Both the position numbers and the translations under genes were made by a program. Positions 1 through 8,511 of a stretch of 28,228 nucleotides of DNA are shown piece by piece. Source of the stretch: Anaerolineae bacterium. Its GTDB lineage: Bacteria > Chloroflexota > Anaerolineae > S140-20. The stretch covers positions 1 to 28,228 of the forward strand of contig JALUTT010000124.1 of the NCBI GenBank assembly GCA_027021705.1. Direction: 5' to 3'. Each line of letters begins with the position of its first letter. The stretch's first letter is position 1. The notes under the pieces are model-generated. The model had not been told where the DNA came from. It worked only from the letters and a program-made list of their open reading frames with translations, and did no database searches.

Positions 1-35
1 CTACTCCAGTGTAGCAGAATCATCTTGATGAGGCG

Positions 36-126
36 CTAGTGGGTCGTCAACCCTGAATTTGTGGGTGTGAGCGCCTCCCTATAAGGCTGTTTCGCGCCCA
101 CAAAATATCGGTTGACAAACCACTAG
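36..126 (+). promoter_or_regulatory. Long imperfect hairpin directly upstream of the flp RBS
   Basis: CTAGTGGGTCGTCAACC (36-52) pairs with GGTTGACAAACCACTAG (110-126) at 15/17; inner stem TTTGTGGGTGTGA (58-70) / TCGCGCCCACAAA (92-104) uses G-U pairs on the + strand; apical GCCT/AGGC. Confidence 0.65.
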
Positions 127-143
127 AAGGGAGGACAGACGAG

Positions 144-302
144 ATGTTGTACGACGACAGCGGTCAAGGTTTCTTGGAATACATCATCCTGGTAACGCTG
201 GCCGTGGCTGCTTCGGTCGCGTTCGTGGCCCTGTATCGGGCCATCCGAAACCGCGCTCAGGAGAGCGCCAACGCCGTTGAGTCTATGGACCTGAGTTACT
301 AG
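144..302 (+). CDS. flp: Flp family type IVb major pilin, 52 aa (not in ORF track)
   Basis: MLYDDSG|QGFLEYIILVTLAVAASVAFVALYRAIRNRAQESANAVESMDLSY; class III cleavage Gly, E at +5 followed by Y (Flp motif), hydrophobic helix; RBS AAGGGAGG upstream. Confidence 0.9.
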   Translation: MLYDDSGQGFLEYIILVTLAVAASVAFVALYRAIRNRAQESANAVESMDLSY

Positions 303-310
303 GCATATGG

Positions 311-340
311 GGGGAGGGGGGATTCTCTTCCCTCCTCCCC
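311..340 (+). terminator. Hairpin after flp (partial terminator or mRNA-stabilising stem)
   Basis: GGGGAGGGGGGA / TCCCTCCTCCCC stem with one G-U; no U-tract. Confidence 0.5.
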
Positions 341-358
341 GTACTACCGAGGGGCGGT

Positions 359-760
359 GTGAAGATGGACGAACGAGGACAGGCGTACCTGGAGTTTCTG
401 GCAATTTTCCCCATCTTACTCTTGCTGGCGCTCTTCGTCGCCGTAACGTTTTGGGCCTGGTGGAACGAGGGGGTAGCCTCGGTAGCCGTTCACCGGGGAA
501 CGGCCTGGGCGGCCCGGGCCGACGGCTCGTTGGAGCGAGGCTATCAGGCGGTCCGGGAGATGCTGGAAGCCGGCCTCGGCCGGTCGGTCGTGGCCTACGA
601 CGGCACGTACACCATCGTCAACCTGCCGCCGATGCGAATCACGGCCGGCTATCTCTCCCGTTCGATGAACACCCCGTTGGGAGCCGTCTTCTCCATCCGG
701 GCCAGGGCGTTCCACCGCAAGGAGCAGTTCTACGGTGGTCCGCCGGGTTACTTCCACTAG
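359..760 (+). CDS. TadE-like minor pilin
   Basis: DERG|QAYLEFLAIFPILLLL prepilin motif, then hydrophobic helix. Confidence 0.85.
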   Translation: MKMDERGQAYLEFLAIFPILLLLALFVAVTFWAWWNEGVASVAVHRGTAWAARADGSLERGYQAVREMLEAGLGRSVVAYDGTYTIVNLPPMRITAGYLSRSMNTPLGAVFSIRARAFHRKEQFYGGPPGYFH

Positions 761-770
761 GAGGCAGAGG

Positions 771-1319
771 ATGAGGACGGCCGTTCTCGTTACCGTCGTC
801 GTCTTGTCGGTCGTGACGGTCGTGGGGCTGCAAACGGAGGCTTCCCCGCCATCGCCGTCTATGGTCCCCGAGGCCACGCCTACCCTCTCGCCGGAGGCGT
901 ACCTGCCGTTGGTGATGAGGCTTTATCCCGTCACCCCCACGCCCACGCCCGTGCCCACCTCCACGCCCACCCCCTCTCCCGATTGGTGTGAGCCCAACGA
1001 TGCTCCGGCCGAGGCGTGTGAGATAGGCGTGGGGGTGTACCAGGCCCTCGTGGCCTCCGATACCGACCAGGACTGGTATCGCTTCACCACCACGGTGACG
1101 CGGACGGTGGACATCTTCCTGGACGGCCCCGACGGAGACGATTACGACCTGTATCTGTACGGGGACCCCGCCGGCGACCCGGTGGCTTACTCCGTCACAC
1201 CGGGGACCCCCGACGAATCTCTCTCGGCCTTGCTGGGGAGGGGAGAGTGGTACGTCTTGGTTTTTCCCATCCGTTCGACCGGCGTCCGGCCGTACACGCT
1301 GGTCGTGACGATGAAGTAG
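771..1319 (+). CDS. Secreted Pro/Thr-linker protein with PPC-like (pre-peptidase C-terminal-like) domain
   Basis: ATG 771 after GGAGG; signal/anchor helix; YLPLVMR motif; PT linker; CEPND...DQDWYRF...DYDLYLY pattern typical of PPC domains. Confidence 0.7.
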   Translation: MRTAVLVTVVVLSVVTVVGLQTEASPPSPSMVPEATPTLSPEAYLPLVMRLYPVTPTPTPVPTSTPTPSPDWCEPNDAPAEACEIGVGVYQALVASDTDQDWYRFTTTVTRTVDIFLDGPDGDDYDLYLYGDPAGDPVAYSVTPGTPDESLSALLGRGEWYVLVFPIRSTGVRPYTLVVTMK

Positions 1320-1329
1320 GAGGAGATCG

Positions 1330-1761
1330 GTGAGTGTGAGACGGGACGACAAGGGGCAAGGGTACGTAGAAGTGCTGGTTATCATCCCCATCGTGCTCCT
1401 CATCGTTGGAGTCCTGGGATTCTTCGGTCGTTTCTGGTACGCCCATCTGGCGGCCGAGGAGGCGGCGTTTAGCTGCACCCGCACGGCCATCGAAGCCCTG
1501 GACCGGGGTCAGGGAGTATGGCAGGGAGGGATTGCGGCTCGGAACGCCCTGGCGGGCTTCTGGCTGACCGATCCCTCCCGGGCCAGGGTCACGATCCTGC
1601 CGTTGGATGATTGGGAGCGGGGGGGATGGGTGATGTGTGAGGTGGCGTATGCCGTGGACCTGCGCCGTGTTCCCTTCGCCCGCTGGCTGCATCCTAATCC
1701 CGTCTTTCCCATTCGGGCGAGCTACTGGGGTAGGTTGCAAGAGTACAAGAGCGAGTGGTGA
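1330..1761 (+). CDS. TadE-like minor pilin
   Basis: DDKG|QGYVEVLVIIPIVLLIV motif; AAEEAA helix; RBS AGGAGGAG. Confidence 0.85.
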   Translation: MSVRRDDKGQGYVEVLVIIPIVLLIVGVLGFFGRFWYAHLAAEEAAFSCTRTAIEALDRGQGVWQGGIAARNALAGFWLTDPSRARVTILPLDDWERGGWVMCEVAYAVDLRRVPFARWLHPNPVFPIRASYWGRLQEYKSEW

Positions 1762-1763
1762 CG

Positions 1764-2195
1764 ATGAAGAAGGACGAACGAGGGCAAGCTTACGTTCTAC
1801 TCCTGGTGGCACTACCGCTTTTGCTCTTGCTGGTGGCCGTGATCGTGGACGGGGGCCGGGCGTTTTACGAGTACCTGAAGGCGAAGAACACCGCGTCGCT
1901 CGCGGCCCAGGCAGGGGCGCAGTCGGTAGACATCAACTACTTTCGGCGGACCAACCGGGTCATCTTGAACATAGACGGCGCGATCCTCCTGGAGCGTCAG
2001 ACGTTTCTGATGAACGCGGGGCGCATTGCGGGGGAGGTGAGCGCCCAATACGCTCCCACGACGGCCGAGGGGCGGATTTGCGTTCGGACGGAGATACCGA
2101 CCCTCTTTGGAAGCGTCCTGGGATGGGCGCGGGTGAGGCCGGGGGCTTGCAGCCGGGCGCGTCCTGCCTACGGCATCGAGTACGAAGGACAGTGA
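1764..2195 (+). CDS. TadG/Tad-domain pseudopilin
   Basis: DERG|QAYVLLLVALPLLLLLVAVIVDGGRA...ASLAAQAGA, the Tad N-terminal domain pattern. Confidence 0.85.
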   Translation: MKKDERGQAYVLLLVALPLLLLLVAVIVDGGRAFYEYLKAKNTASLAAQAGAQSVDINYFRRTNRVILNIDGAILLERQTFLMNAGRIAGEVSAQYAPTTAEGRICVRTEIPTLFGSVLGWARVRPGACSRARPAYGIEYEGQ

Positions 2196-2199
2196 GGAG

Positions 2200-3000
2200 A
2201 TGGCTATGAAACCGTCACGGTACTTCATCCGGTACGACGAGCGGCGACGGCGTGTGAATCTAACGCCGGTGGGGTGGATGGCGCTGGTGATCTTCGTGGC
2301 CCTCGCAGGAGCCGTCCTGTGGCGTTTGGTCCTGAACCCTCCCGCGCCCCGGGCGGTCGCGGTGACCGAGGCCGCCGTGGTGTTTCGTCCGACGTCCCCT
2401 CCCCCGACGCCCATCGTCCACGAGGGTTGTCCTTCGGACCCGGCGCAATGGCGGGCGGTGTCGTACAAGCTGCCCACGGGGAAGGAGTTGTACAAGCTGG
2501 ACCCGCCGTGTGCGATGGGGTTGGTAGAAGAGGCGTTTCGGCAGTTGCAGGACTACGCTGCCGAGCGGGCCGACCGTTGGACCAAAGAGGACGAGGCCCA
2601 CTACTTCTACTACGGGGCTTACACGTCACCCCTGACGGGGAAACGGTATCCGGCGGCCGACCTGGACGAGACGTGGGGGCTGACGAGGTATCACTGCAAG
2701 CGGCTTGAGCGGCAGGAGCGGGAGCGGGCGGTCTACTACACGACCGATCCTGACGATCCTCGGCGGGTGGTGCTCTACGTGATCTATCCGCCTGCTGTGG
2801 TGACAAGCTACGATTGTGAGACGGGGGAGGAAGGGGAGAGGACTGCGACCGAGGGGTACATAGGGGTGTATGTTTCTTTGATCTACGGTGACGGGGGCTG
2901 GAAAGTAGGATTGTGGACGGAAGAGTATGTTGAGTTGCCTCCTAATGTGGACCCGGATGCGACCATCCTGACCCTTCTACAACTTCAGGGGCGGAGGTGA
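2200..3000 (+). CDS. Single-pass membrane protein, unknown function
   Basis: One TM helix, Pro-rich linker, extracellular domain with Cys pairs; RBS GAGGAG; tightly packed in operon. Confidence 0.75.
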   Translation: MAMKPSRYFIRYDERRRRVNLTPVGWMALVIFVALAGAVLWRLVLNPPAPRAVAVTEAAVVFRPTSPPPTPIVHEGCPSDPAQWRAVSYKLPTGKELYKLDPPCAMGLVEEAFRQLQDYAAERADRWTKEDEAHYFYYGAYTSPLTGKRYPAADLDETWGLTRYHCKRLERQERERAVYYTTDPDDPRRVVLYVIYPPAVVTSYDCETGEEGERTATEGYIGVYVSLIYGDGGWKVGLWTEEYVELPPNVDPDATILTLLQLQGRR

Positions 3001-3004
3001 ACCG

Positions 3005-4372
3005 ATGCGTGGTAGAGTGGTGGTGATGGTGGTCATCGGCTTTATCGGGATACTGTTGGGTGTTGTGCTGACATCTCCGGTGTCGCAAGCAGCTCAACCG
3101 GCCCAAAATACCTGCAACTGTGGCAGAACGTGTGACATCGTAGTAGACCCGGCGACGGGGAAGGTAACCGAAATCTGCACCTGCAACGTTTGCGCCACGC
3201 CGGTGCCGGGAGCGACGGCCCAACCTCAGCCCACGGCTCCTCCCCCCGATTTCGGCACACCGCCGGCCTGTGAGGACTGTCCTGCCACACCGGCACCGCC
3301 GGGGACGGTTCAACCGCTGCCTACCGGAACGCCCGAGGCGACCCCCCAGGCCACGGCCACACCTCCCCCGGAGCTCACCTGTGACGGCCCCTTCTGTTAT
3401 GCCGATGCCTGTACCCGGGATGAATGCCCTCTGGGGCAGTGGCGATTGGCCCGTTTCTACTACAAATTCGGCCCCTACGACTTCTGCGGCGTCTCCTATT
3501 TGGGAGCGTGCAACGAAGAGCCTTGCAAGATTCCCGACACCCCCGAGCCGGAAGAGGACAAGGCGGGACAGTGCGTCATCGGTTCGTCCGGCCTCATTCA
3601 GGACGGCGTAACCTGCACGGGGGAGTACACCGTCTCCGTCTCCCTCCAACTTCCGGCCTGGCACGCCTCCCGAGACCCGTATCCCCGCAGCATGGTCCGC
3701 GTGCCGACCACCTTCCGCTTCGAGCACGCCCCCTCGGCCGAGGCGTGGTCTGCCCCCATCAACGTGGGAGACGCGAGTGCTTGCGACGCCGAGCACGACG
3801 GGGTGATCAGGGGATGGCAGATCGGGCTGCGCACCGAACCGGCCTTTGCCTCCCCCCACTGGGAAGCCGAAGATTGCGGCTCCTTCGACGGGCCGATAGG
3901 GACCTGCACGTGGAAGCGCTCTTCGTGGGGAAAGCCCGAGCTGGGGGTGGGCCTCGAAGGAGAGCCCTTGCCTGCCTACGCCGTCACCGCCTGGGTTCCG
4001 TACAACTGGTACTCCCGCGCCCGGTGGGAAAGCTGCGAGAAATCGCCCACCTGGGGGGAGTGTACCTGCTCCGGGGTTGACCCGAAGAACTCCCCCGGTT
4101 GGCAAAGCTGCGGTACCCCTCCGCCCGGCATCTGCACCGGCGTGTACAACGACCCCCCAACGGAGTGGTGGGGGAAGTGGCGGACGGAGGAGTACAAGTG
4201 GGTATCCCACGACACCGGCTGGCAGTTTATTGACCTGACGCGCTTCGGACTCTCCACCTCGTGGATGCCGAACCCCCGTGTTCAACAATTGCCGACCGCG
4301 TTGGAGCCCAATCCCCCGGTAGGAGCCCTGTACGTTCCGGTCATTGAGGTTCAATCCATCATCGAGAAGTAA
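3005..4372 (+). CDS. Secreted cysteine-rich protein, candidate pilus-associated adhesin
   Basis: Signal peptide ending SQA; about 25 Cys; Pro/Thr linkers; Trp-rich C-terminal domain ending VPVIEVQSII. Confidence 0.75.
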   Translation: MRGRVVVMVVIGFIGILLGVVLTSPVSQAAQPAQNTCNCGRTCDIVVDPATGKVTEICTCNVCATPVPGATAQPQPTAPPPDFGTPPACEDCPATPAPPGTVQPLPTGTPEATPQATATPPPELTCDGPFCYADACTRDECPLGQWRLARFYYKFGPYDFCGVSYLGACNEEPCKIPDTPEPEEDKAGQCVIGSSGLIQDGVTCTGEYTVSVSLQLPAWHASRDPYPRSMVRVPTTFRFEHAPSAEAWSAPINVGDASACDAEHDGVIRGWQIGLRTEPAFASPHWEAEDCGSFDGPIGTCTWKRSSWGKPELGVGLEGEPLPAYAVTAWVPYNWYSRARWESCEKSPTWGECTCSGVDPKNSPGWQSCGTPPPGICTGVYNDPPTEWWGKWRTEEYKWVSHDTGWQFIDLTRFGLSTSWMPNPRVQQLPTALEPNPPVGALYVPVIEVQSIIEK

Positions 4373-4395
4373 CCCGATCGCCGGAAGGAGGAAAT

Positions 4396-4638
4396 ATGCC
4401 GGTACGCAGCACGCTTACCATAGACGAAGGGCTGCACGCCCTGGTTAAGATGGTCGCGGCCGCCCGGCGTCAACCGGTCAACACCCTGATCACCGGCTTT
4501 CTGGTCCAGGGCGTCACCGACCTGTTGAGGGAGGACCCTCAGCTCGCCTCCCTCATCCGAACCCTCGTCGAGCGCGACGGCGTGGACCCCGCCGTGCAAC
4601 GACGTATCGTGCACCTGCTGGAGGGAGCCGATGGATAA
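4396..4638 (+). CDS. Ribbon-helix-helix-like small DNA-binding protein
   Basis: RSTLTIDEGLHALVKMVAAARRQPVNTLI: beta strand plus two helices; RBS AAGGAGG. Confidence 0.6.
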   Translation: MPVRSTLTIDEGLHALVKMVAAARRQPVNTLITGFLVQGVTDLLREDPQLASLIRTLVERDGVDPAVQRRIVHLLEGADG

Positions 4639-4822
4639 CGCCAAGAAGAGAGATCGCAAGTTCATCCACGTACCCCGTCACGTCGCGTCTCTGGTCCGGG
4701 TCGTTGCCCGGGCCACCGGGCAATCCGTTGGAAAGACGGTAGACCATCTGACGACCCGCGCCCTGCGCAAAGACTTGGGAGGTACCTATGGGTTTGGACA
4801 CGATCACCGAGACCTCCGCTGA
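4631..4822 (+). CDS. Ribbon-helix-helix-like small protein
   Basis: KFIHVPRHVASLVRVVARATGQSVGKTVDHL pattern; overlaps previous stop. Confidence 0.55.
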   Translation: MDNAKKRDRKFIHVPRHVASLVRVVARATGQSVGKTVDHLTTRALRKDLGGTYGFGHDHRDLR

Positions 4823-5030
4823 GATCGTCCGATGGGGAACCTTCTTCACGGCCGTCTTCCTGGCCCTGGGAGTGGCGGCGGGGTGGTTGGAGACCGAGTT
4901 GGGGATAGGGCTGGGCATCCCTTCCCTTTCCGTTGCCCCCCGCCTGCGCCTGCCCATCCTGACCCTTTGCTTCCTGGTGGCCGTCTTCGCCGTCCCCATC
5001 TCCAACGCCGTCGTAGAGGCCCTGTTCTGA
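4788..5030 (+). CDS. Small two-TM protein, VirB2/TrbC pilin-like, paralog of 5319-5711
   Basis: Two hydrophobic helices around GxGxP; visible similarity to 5319 protein; RBS GGAGGT. Confidence 0.6.
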   Translation: MGLDTITETSAEIVRWGTFFTAVFLALGVAAGWLETELGIGLGIPSLSVAPRLRLPILTLCFLVAVFAVPISNAVVEALF

Positions 5031-5036
5031 TGCGGT

Positions 5037-5294
5037 GTGGACGTGATGCGGACCCTCTTCGTCGCCGTCGCCGTCGCGCTCTACGTCGTCCAGGTGACCC
5101 AACGGGGCATCACACCGGTGCGCCTGGGCATCAACACCGTAGTGGTCACCGGTGGCATCGCCCTGGCCCTTTCCGTCGGTTCTCCCAACCTCATCGGTGA
5201 GGAAGGGGCCGTCATCCTGTACTCGGGCCTCTTGGGGCTTCTGGTTTTCCTGACCGTTCTCGTCAACGTCGTTGTGGATTGGATCGAACCATAA
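5037..5294 (+). CDS. Small three-TM membrane protein
   Basis: Three hydrophobic segments, GC3-rich codons, in operon. Confidence 0.65.
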   Translation: MDVMRTLFVAVAVALYVVQVTQRGITPVRLGINTVVVTGGIALALSVGSPNLIGEEGAVILYSGLLGLLVFLTVLVNVVVDWIEP

Positions 5295-5318
5295 GTGGTG
5301 GAAGTAGGAGGAGGAGCA

Positions 5319-5711
5319 ATGTACGGCAACAACGTCGCTCGGTATGGGTATCGTCTCTTCGTCGCCCTGCTCTTACTGCTCTACCTGGTGCAGGCCGTCT
5401 CTCCGGTCCTGGCCGAGGGGGGTGGTGGCATTGCAGGGGGAATCGCCGCCCTGGTGAAGAAGGTCATTGACGCAATGATCATCGCCGGCGGTATCGCCCT
5501 GGCCTTTTTCATCGCGTTCACCAACCTGAGTGCAATGGTGGCCCGAGGGGTTGGAATGCCCTACGTTGAGGCCAACGCTACCCTGAAGATCATCTCCCTG
5601 GTGGTCCTGTTCGGGTTCTTGGTCTTCTCCATCGCCATCACCAATGCCATCATTGACGGCATTATGGCCTACCACTCCAACGAACCCATCAAGGTGCCGA
5701 GTGTTGGGTGA
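5319..5711 (+). CDS. VirB2/TrbC-like conjugative pilin
   Basis: ATG 5319 after AGGAGGAGGAG; signal peptide ending VLA; two TM helices; directly upstream of VirB6-like gene. Confidence 0.6.
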   Translation: MYGNNVARYGYRLFVALLLLLYLVQAVSPVLAEGGGGIAGGIAALVKKVIDAMIIAGGIALAFFIAFTNLSAMVARGVGMPYVEANATLKIISLVVLFGFLVFSIAITNAIIDGIMAYHSNEPIKVPSVG

Positions 5712-5721
5712 GGAGACGGAC

Positions 5722-8004
5722 GTGGGCAGAGGACGGTTTTCGCCGTGGGCGCAAACCGTGGCGGCGACCTGGGCCTTGGCCGTCTTCCTTCTCCTCCTCA
5801 TTGCGCCGACGACGGTCCAGGCCCGGGGTACGCCTCCCGAACCGACGCCGGTGGTGCCCCCCACCGAAGAGCCGGCGGTGCCTCCCGTCGGAGGGCCGGT
5901 GGCGGAGGATGACGCCCTCCCCATCAAACCGCCGAAAATAAGCCTGCCGAACCCGGCGCAGATCATCAAGCACATCCTGCTCTTTCCGGTGAAGGAGATG
6001 CAGGAGGCCACGGAACAGTTGTTGGTCAACATCCTGAACGCCAACGCCGAGGCCCTGCGCAAGCCCTTCGCCGAGATGTTCCACGCCTTTCTGCTGAGGA
6101 CGTTCCCCATTATGGGGAAGGATTCCGTCTTCGAGGGTACCTGGGGGCTGACGATGCGGATAGCAGCGGCCCTCTGGCCGGCCACCTTGGCCCTGATGAT
6201 GGCCGCCGCCGCCCGGAACGAGGTGACCGGTGCCTTGGGGATCGGCGGCTGGAAGGACTACCTGCTGACGTGGTTCGGCGGTGTCGTCTTCAGCGCCCTA
6301 TCGCTGCACGCCATCAACCTGTTCCACCGTCTGGTCACCGCGATGTCGCTGTACGTGATCACGGCCCCGGTGGGTGGGATCGGCGGGGTAGACGTCGAGT
6401 TCATCGTCAACACCTTCCTGCTCATCAGCCCTTTTACTCAGTTGGAGAAGTACGGCCCTCCGCCGGCGATCATCCTGATGGTCGCCCTCCAGTTGATCCT
6501 GGGCTTTGTAGCCCTGCTGTCGCTGGGGCTGCAATACTTCGCCAGGATGGCGCTTCTGTACGTCCTGATCGCCCTGGCCCCCGTGGTCATCGTGCTGGGG
6601 GTGCTCCCCCCGCTGCGGTGGCTCTACCGCCTCTGGCTGAAGGGGCTGGTGATGGTCGAGCTTCTGCTTCCGATGAGCCTGCTCCTACTGAAGCTCCTCA
6701 TCGTCCTGGACGTGGTGATCGTGAAGAGCTGGGGCGGGGTGGGGCCTTGGATGGAGATGATCGTCGGTATCGGCGTCGTCAGCCTGCTCATCTCGATGAA
6801 CGGGGCCGTTGTCAAGGGCGTCTTCGGCGCGGCCGCCGTGGTCCTGGATAACGTCGCCCGGTCGGCCGTGGGGGTTGCGGCGATGGCGACCGGGATGGTC
6901 GGGGCGCTGGCTTCGGTGTCCGGCGGGATCGGCGGAGGAGGGGGCGTCGGCACCGCTACCCCGGGGTTGGGGGCAGGAGGAGCCGTCGGCACCGCCCTCC
7001 CGGGAGCGGGAGTAGGAGGGAGTTCCGGTGCCGCCGGTGGAAGCGGCGGCACGGCGGGTGGCGGTGCAGCTTCCTCTTCCGGTGGCGGCGGCGAAACCAC
7101 GCCCGCCGGAGGGCAGGAAGCGGGAGCCGCATCGGCGGCCGTTCCCTCCGGCGGCGGAGGCACGACGGCCCAAGCCCACGGCGGCGGGGGCAAAACCGTG
7201 TCAACGCGGGTGACCGAAGCGGTCCGGGCCGGAAGCAGGAAGGCCGCCGGAGCGATGACGCAGGCCGCCCGGGCGGCGGGGAACATAGAGCAGGCCTGGC
7301 GGTCGCTCCCCCCCTCCGAGAGGATGCGGGTGGTAGGAGCAGGGCTGCAAGCGGCCGGGCGCACGGCCCGCCCCGGCGGCCTCGCGCGGGGGCTCTTGAC
7401 CGGAGCGGGCAACGCCCTGACGGTCGGCGGTCGTCCCGGGCGCACCCCTCGTCTGTCGCCCGGCGAGGCCCAGGCTCTGGGGCGGGCCGTCGGTGATCTC
7501 CGGCGGACCTACGGCCCGCTTGCCAAGACCGCCGGAGTCAATCTGGACGATGCCGTCAACCGTGCCCTGGGGCCGGCGTTGAAGCGGGCCGAGGGCGGGG
7601 AGGGCTTACAGGACCAGGCCGTGGCCGCCGGGTTCGGCGGCAGTGCCTCCCCTGTGGAAGACTACGCCCGCTGGCTGGCAGAGCAAGAACTGGCCCGGCT
7701 GGGCGTTATTGACGGCCCCTCCGTGCAGCCGCGGCCTCAAGACGGGCTCCGGGGCGGAGAACGAGAACGGCCGACCGACGCCTCCGTCGGCTCTGCCGGG
7801 GGAGGGGAAGAGCGGCGACAATCCTTCCCCTTGACCGTAGCGGGGTGGGGCTGGCAACTGGCCCGGGTCCACGGAGGCGACGCGAACGAGTACGCCGGAC
7901 GGCTGATGGCCGTCCGGGAGGAGGCAGGGCACGAGGCCGCCGAGCGGCTCTTCCGGGCGGCCCTGTCGGACTTGAACGCTCTGTACCGAGAGGGGGAAAG
8001 CTGA
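5722..8004 (+). CDS. VirB6/TrbL-like polytopic T4SS membrane protein with Gly/Ala-rich tail
   Basis: GTG 5722 after GAGGAG; many TM helices with RMALLYVLIALAPVVIVLGVLP...WL signature; low-complexity G/A tail as in TrbL. Confidence 0.8.
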   Translation: MGRGRFSPWAQTVAATWALAVFLLLLIAPTTVQARGTPPEPTPVVPPTEEPAVPPVGGPVAEDDALPIKPPKISLPNPAQIIKHILLFPVKEMQEATEQLLVNILNANAEALRKPFAEMFHAFLLRTFPIMGKDSVFEGTWGLTMRIAAALWPATLALMMAAAARNEVTGALGIGGWKDYLLTWFGGVVFSALSLHAINLFHRLVTAMSLYVITAPVGGIGGVDVEFIVNTFLLISPFTQLEKYGPPPAIILMVALQLILGFVALLSLGLQYFARMALLYVLIALAPVVIVLGVLPPLRWLYRLWLKGLVMVELLLPMSLLLLKLLIVLDVVIVKSWGGVGPWMEMIVGIGVVSLLISMNGAVVKGVFGAAAVVLDNVARSAVGVAAMATGMVGALASVSGGIGGGGGVGTATPGLGAGGAVGTALPGAGVGGSSGAAGGSGGTAGGGAASSSGGGGETTPAGGQEAGAASAAVPSGGGGTTAQAHGGGGKTVSTRVTEAVRAGSRKAAGAMTQAARAAGNIEQAWRSLPPSERMRVVGAGLQAAGRTARPGGLARGLLTGAGNALTVGGRPGRTPRLSPGEAQALGRAVGDLRRTYGPLAKTAGVNLDDAVNRALGPALKRAEGGEGLQDQAVAAGFGGSASPVEDYARWLAEQELARLGVIDGPSVQPRPQDGLRGGERERPTDASVGSAGGGEERRQSFPLTVAGWGWQLARVHGGDANEYAGRLMAVREEAGHEAAERLFRAALSDLNALYREGES

Positions 8005-8489
8005 TGTCTTACAAAACCCGGGTCCCTCGACGCATCAAGTTTCAGCCTACCGTTCTGGGGAACCTGACGCTGCGTCAGGCTGCGTGGGCGGGGTTGGGGA
8101 TCGCCGTCGGCGGCCTGATCGCCCTGGGCGTTCCCTTCCCTAACCTCCCCCTGTGGGTGCGCGTCCTCCTGGCCGCCCCTCCGACCCTCTTCTTCCTGAC
8201 CATCGCCTTCGGGCGATCACGGGGGCTGACGCTGGACGCGATGTTGGTGGTGGTCGCCCGGTGGTACCTCTCCCCCCGACGGCGGGTGTGGAAGCGGGGG
8301 GACTTCGACGCCTTCCTGATCGAGCGGGGCGGAGACCCGGAGGCACCGGCGATGGAGGTGGACACGGGAGCGGCCCTCACCTTTGCCCTGATCCTGGCCA
8401 ACCTGCTGATCCTGATCATCCTGGTGGCAACCGCCTGGTATATGTGGCGGGACGGCATTCAGGACATTCACCTCCCGCCCCTCGAATGA
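8004..8489 (+). CDS. prgI: PrgI family (VirB3-like) protein
   Basis: TGATG overlap; VP...LGNLTLRQ motif, two TMs, GLTLD...W..SPRRRVW. Confidence 0.8.
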   Translation: MSYKTRVPRRIKFQPTVLGNLTLRQAAWAGLGIAVGGLIALGVPFPNLPLWVRVLLAAPPTLFFLTIAFGRSRGLTLDAMLVVVARWYLSPRRRVWKRGDFDAFLIERGGDPEAPAMEVDTGAALTFALILANLLILIILVATAWYMWRDGIQDIHLPPLE

Positions 8490-8511
8490 CGCGAATGACG
8501 GTGGAGTAGCG

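Noticed and set aside
6920..7200. Gly/Ala-rich tract as a repeat element or collagen-like domain
   Set aside because: Ordinary low-complexity tail of TrbL/VirB6-like proteins, no strict Gly-X-Y period
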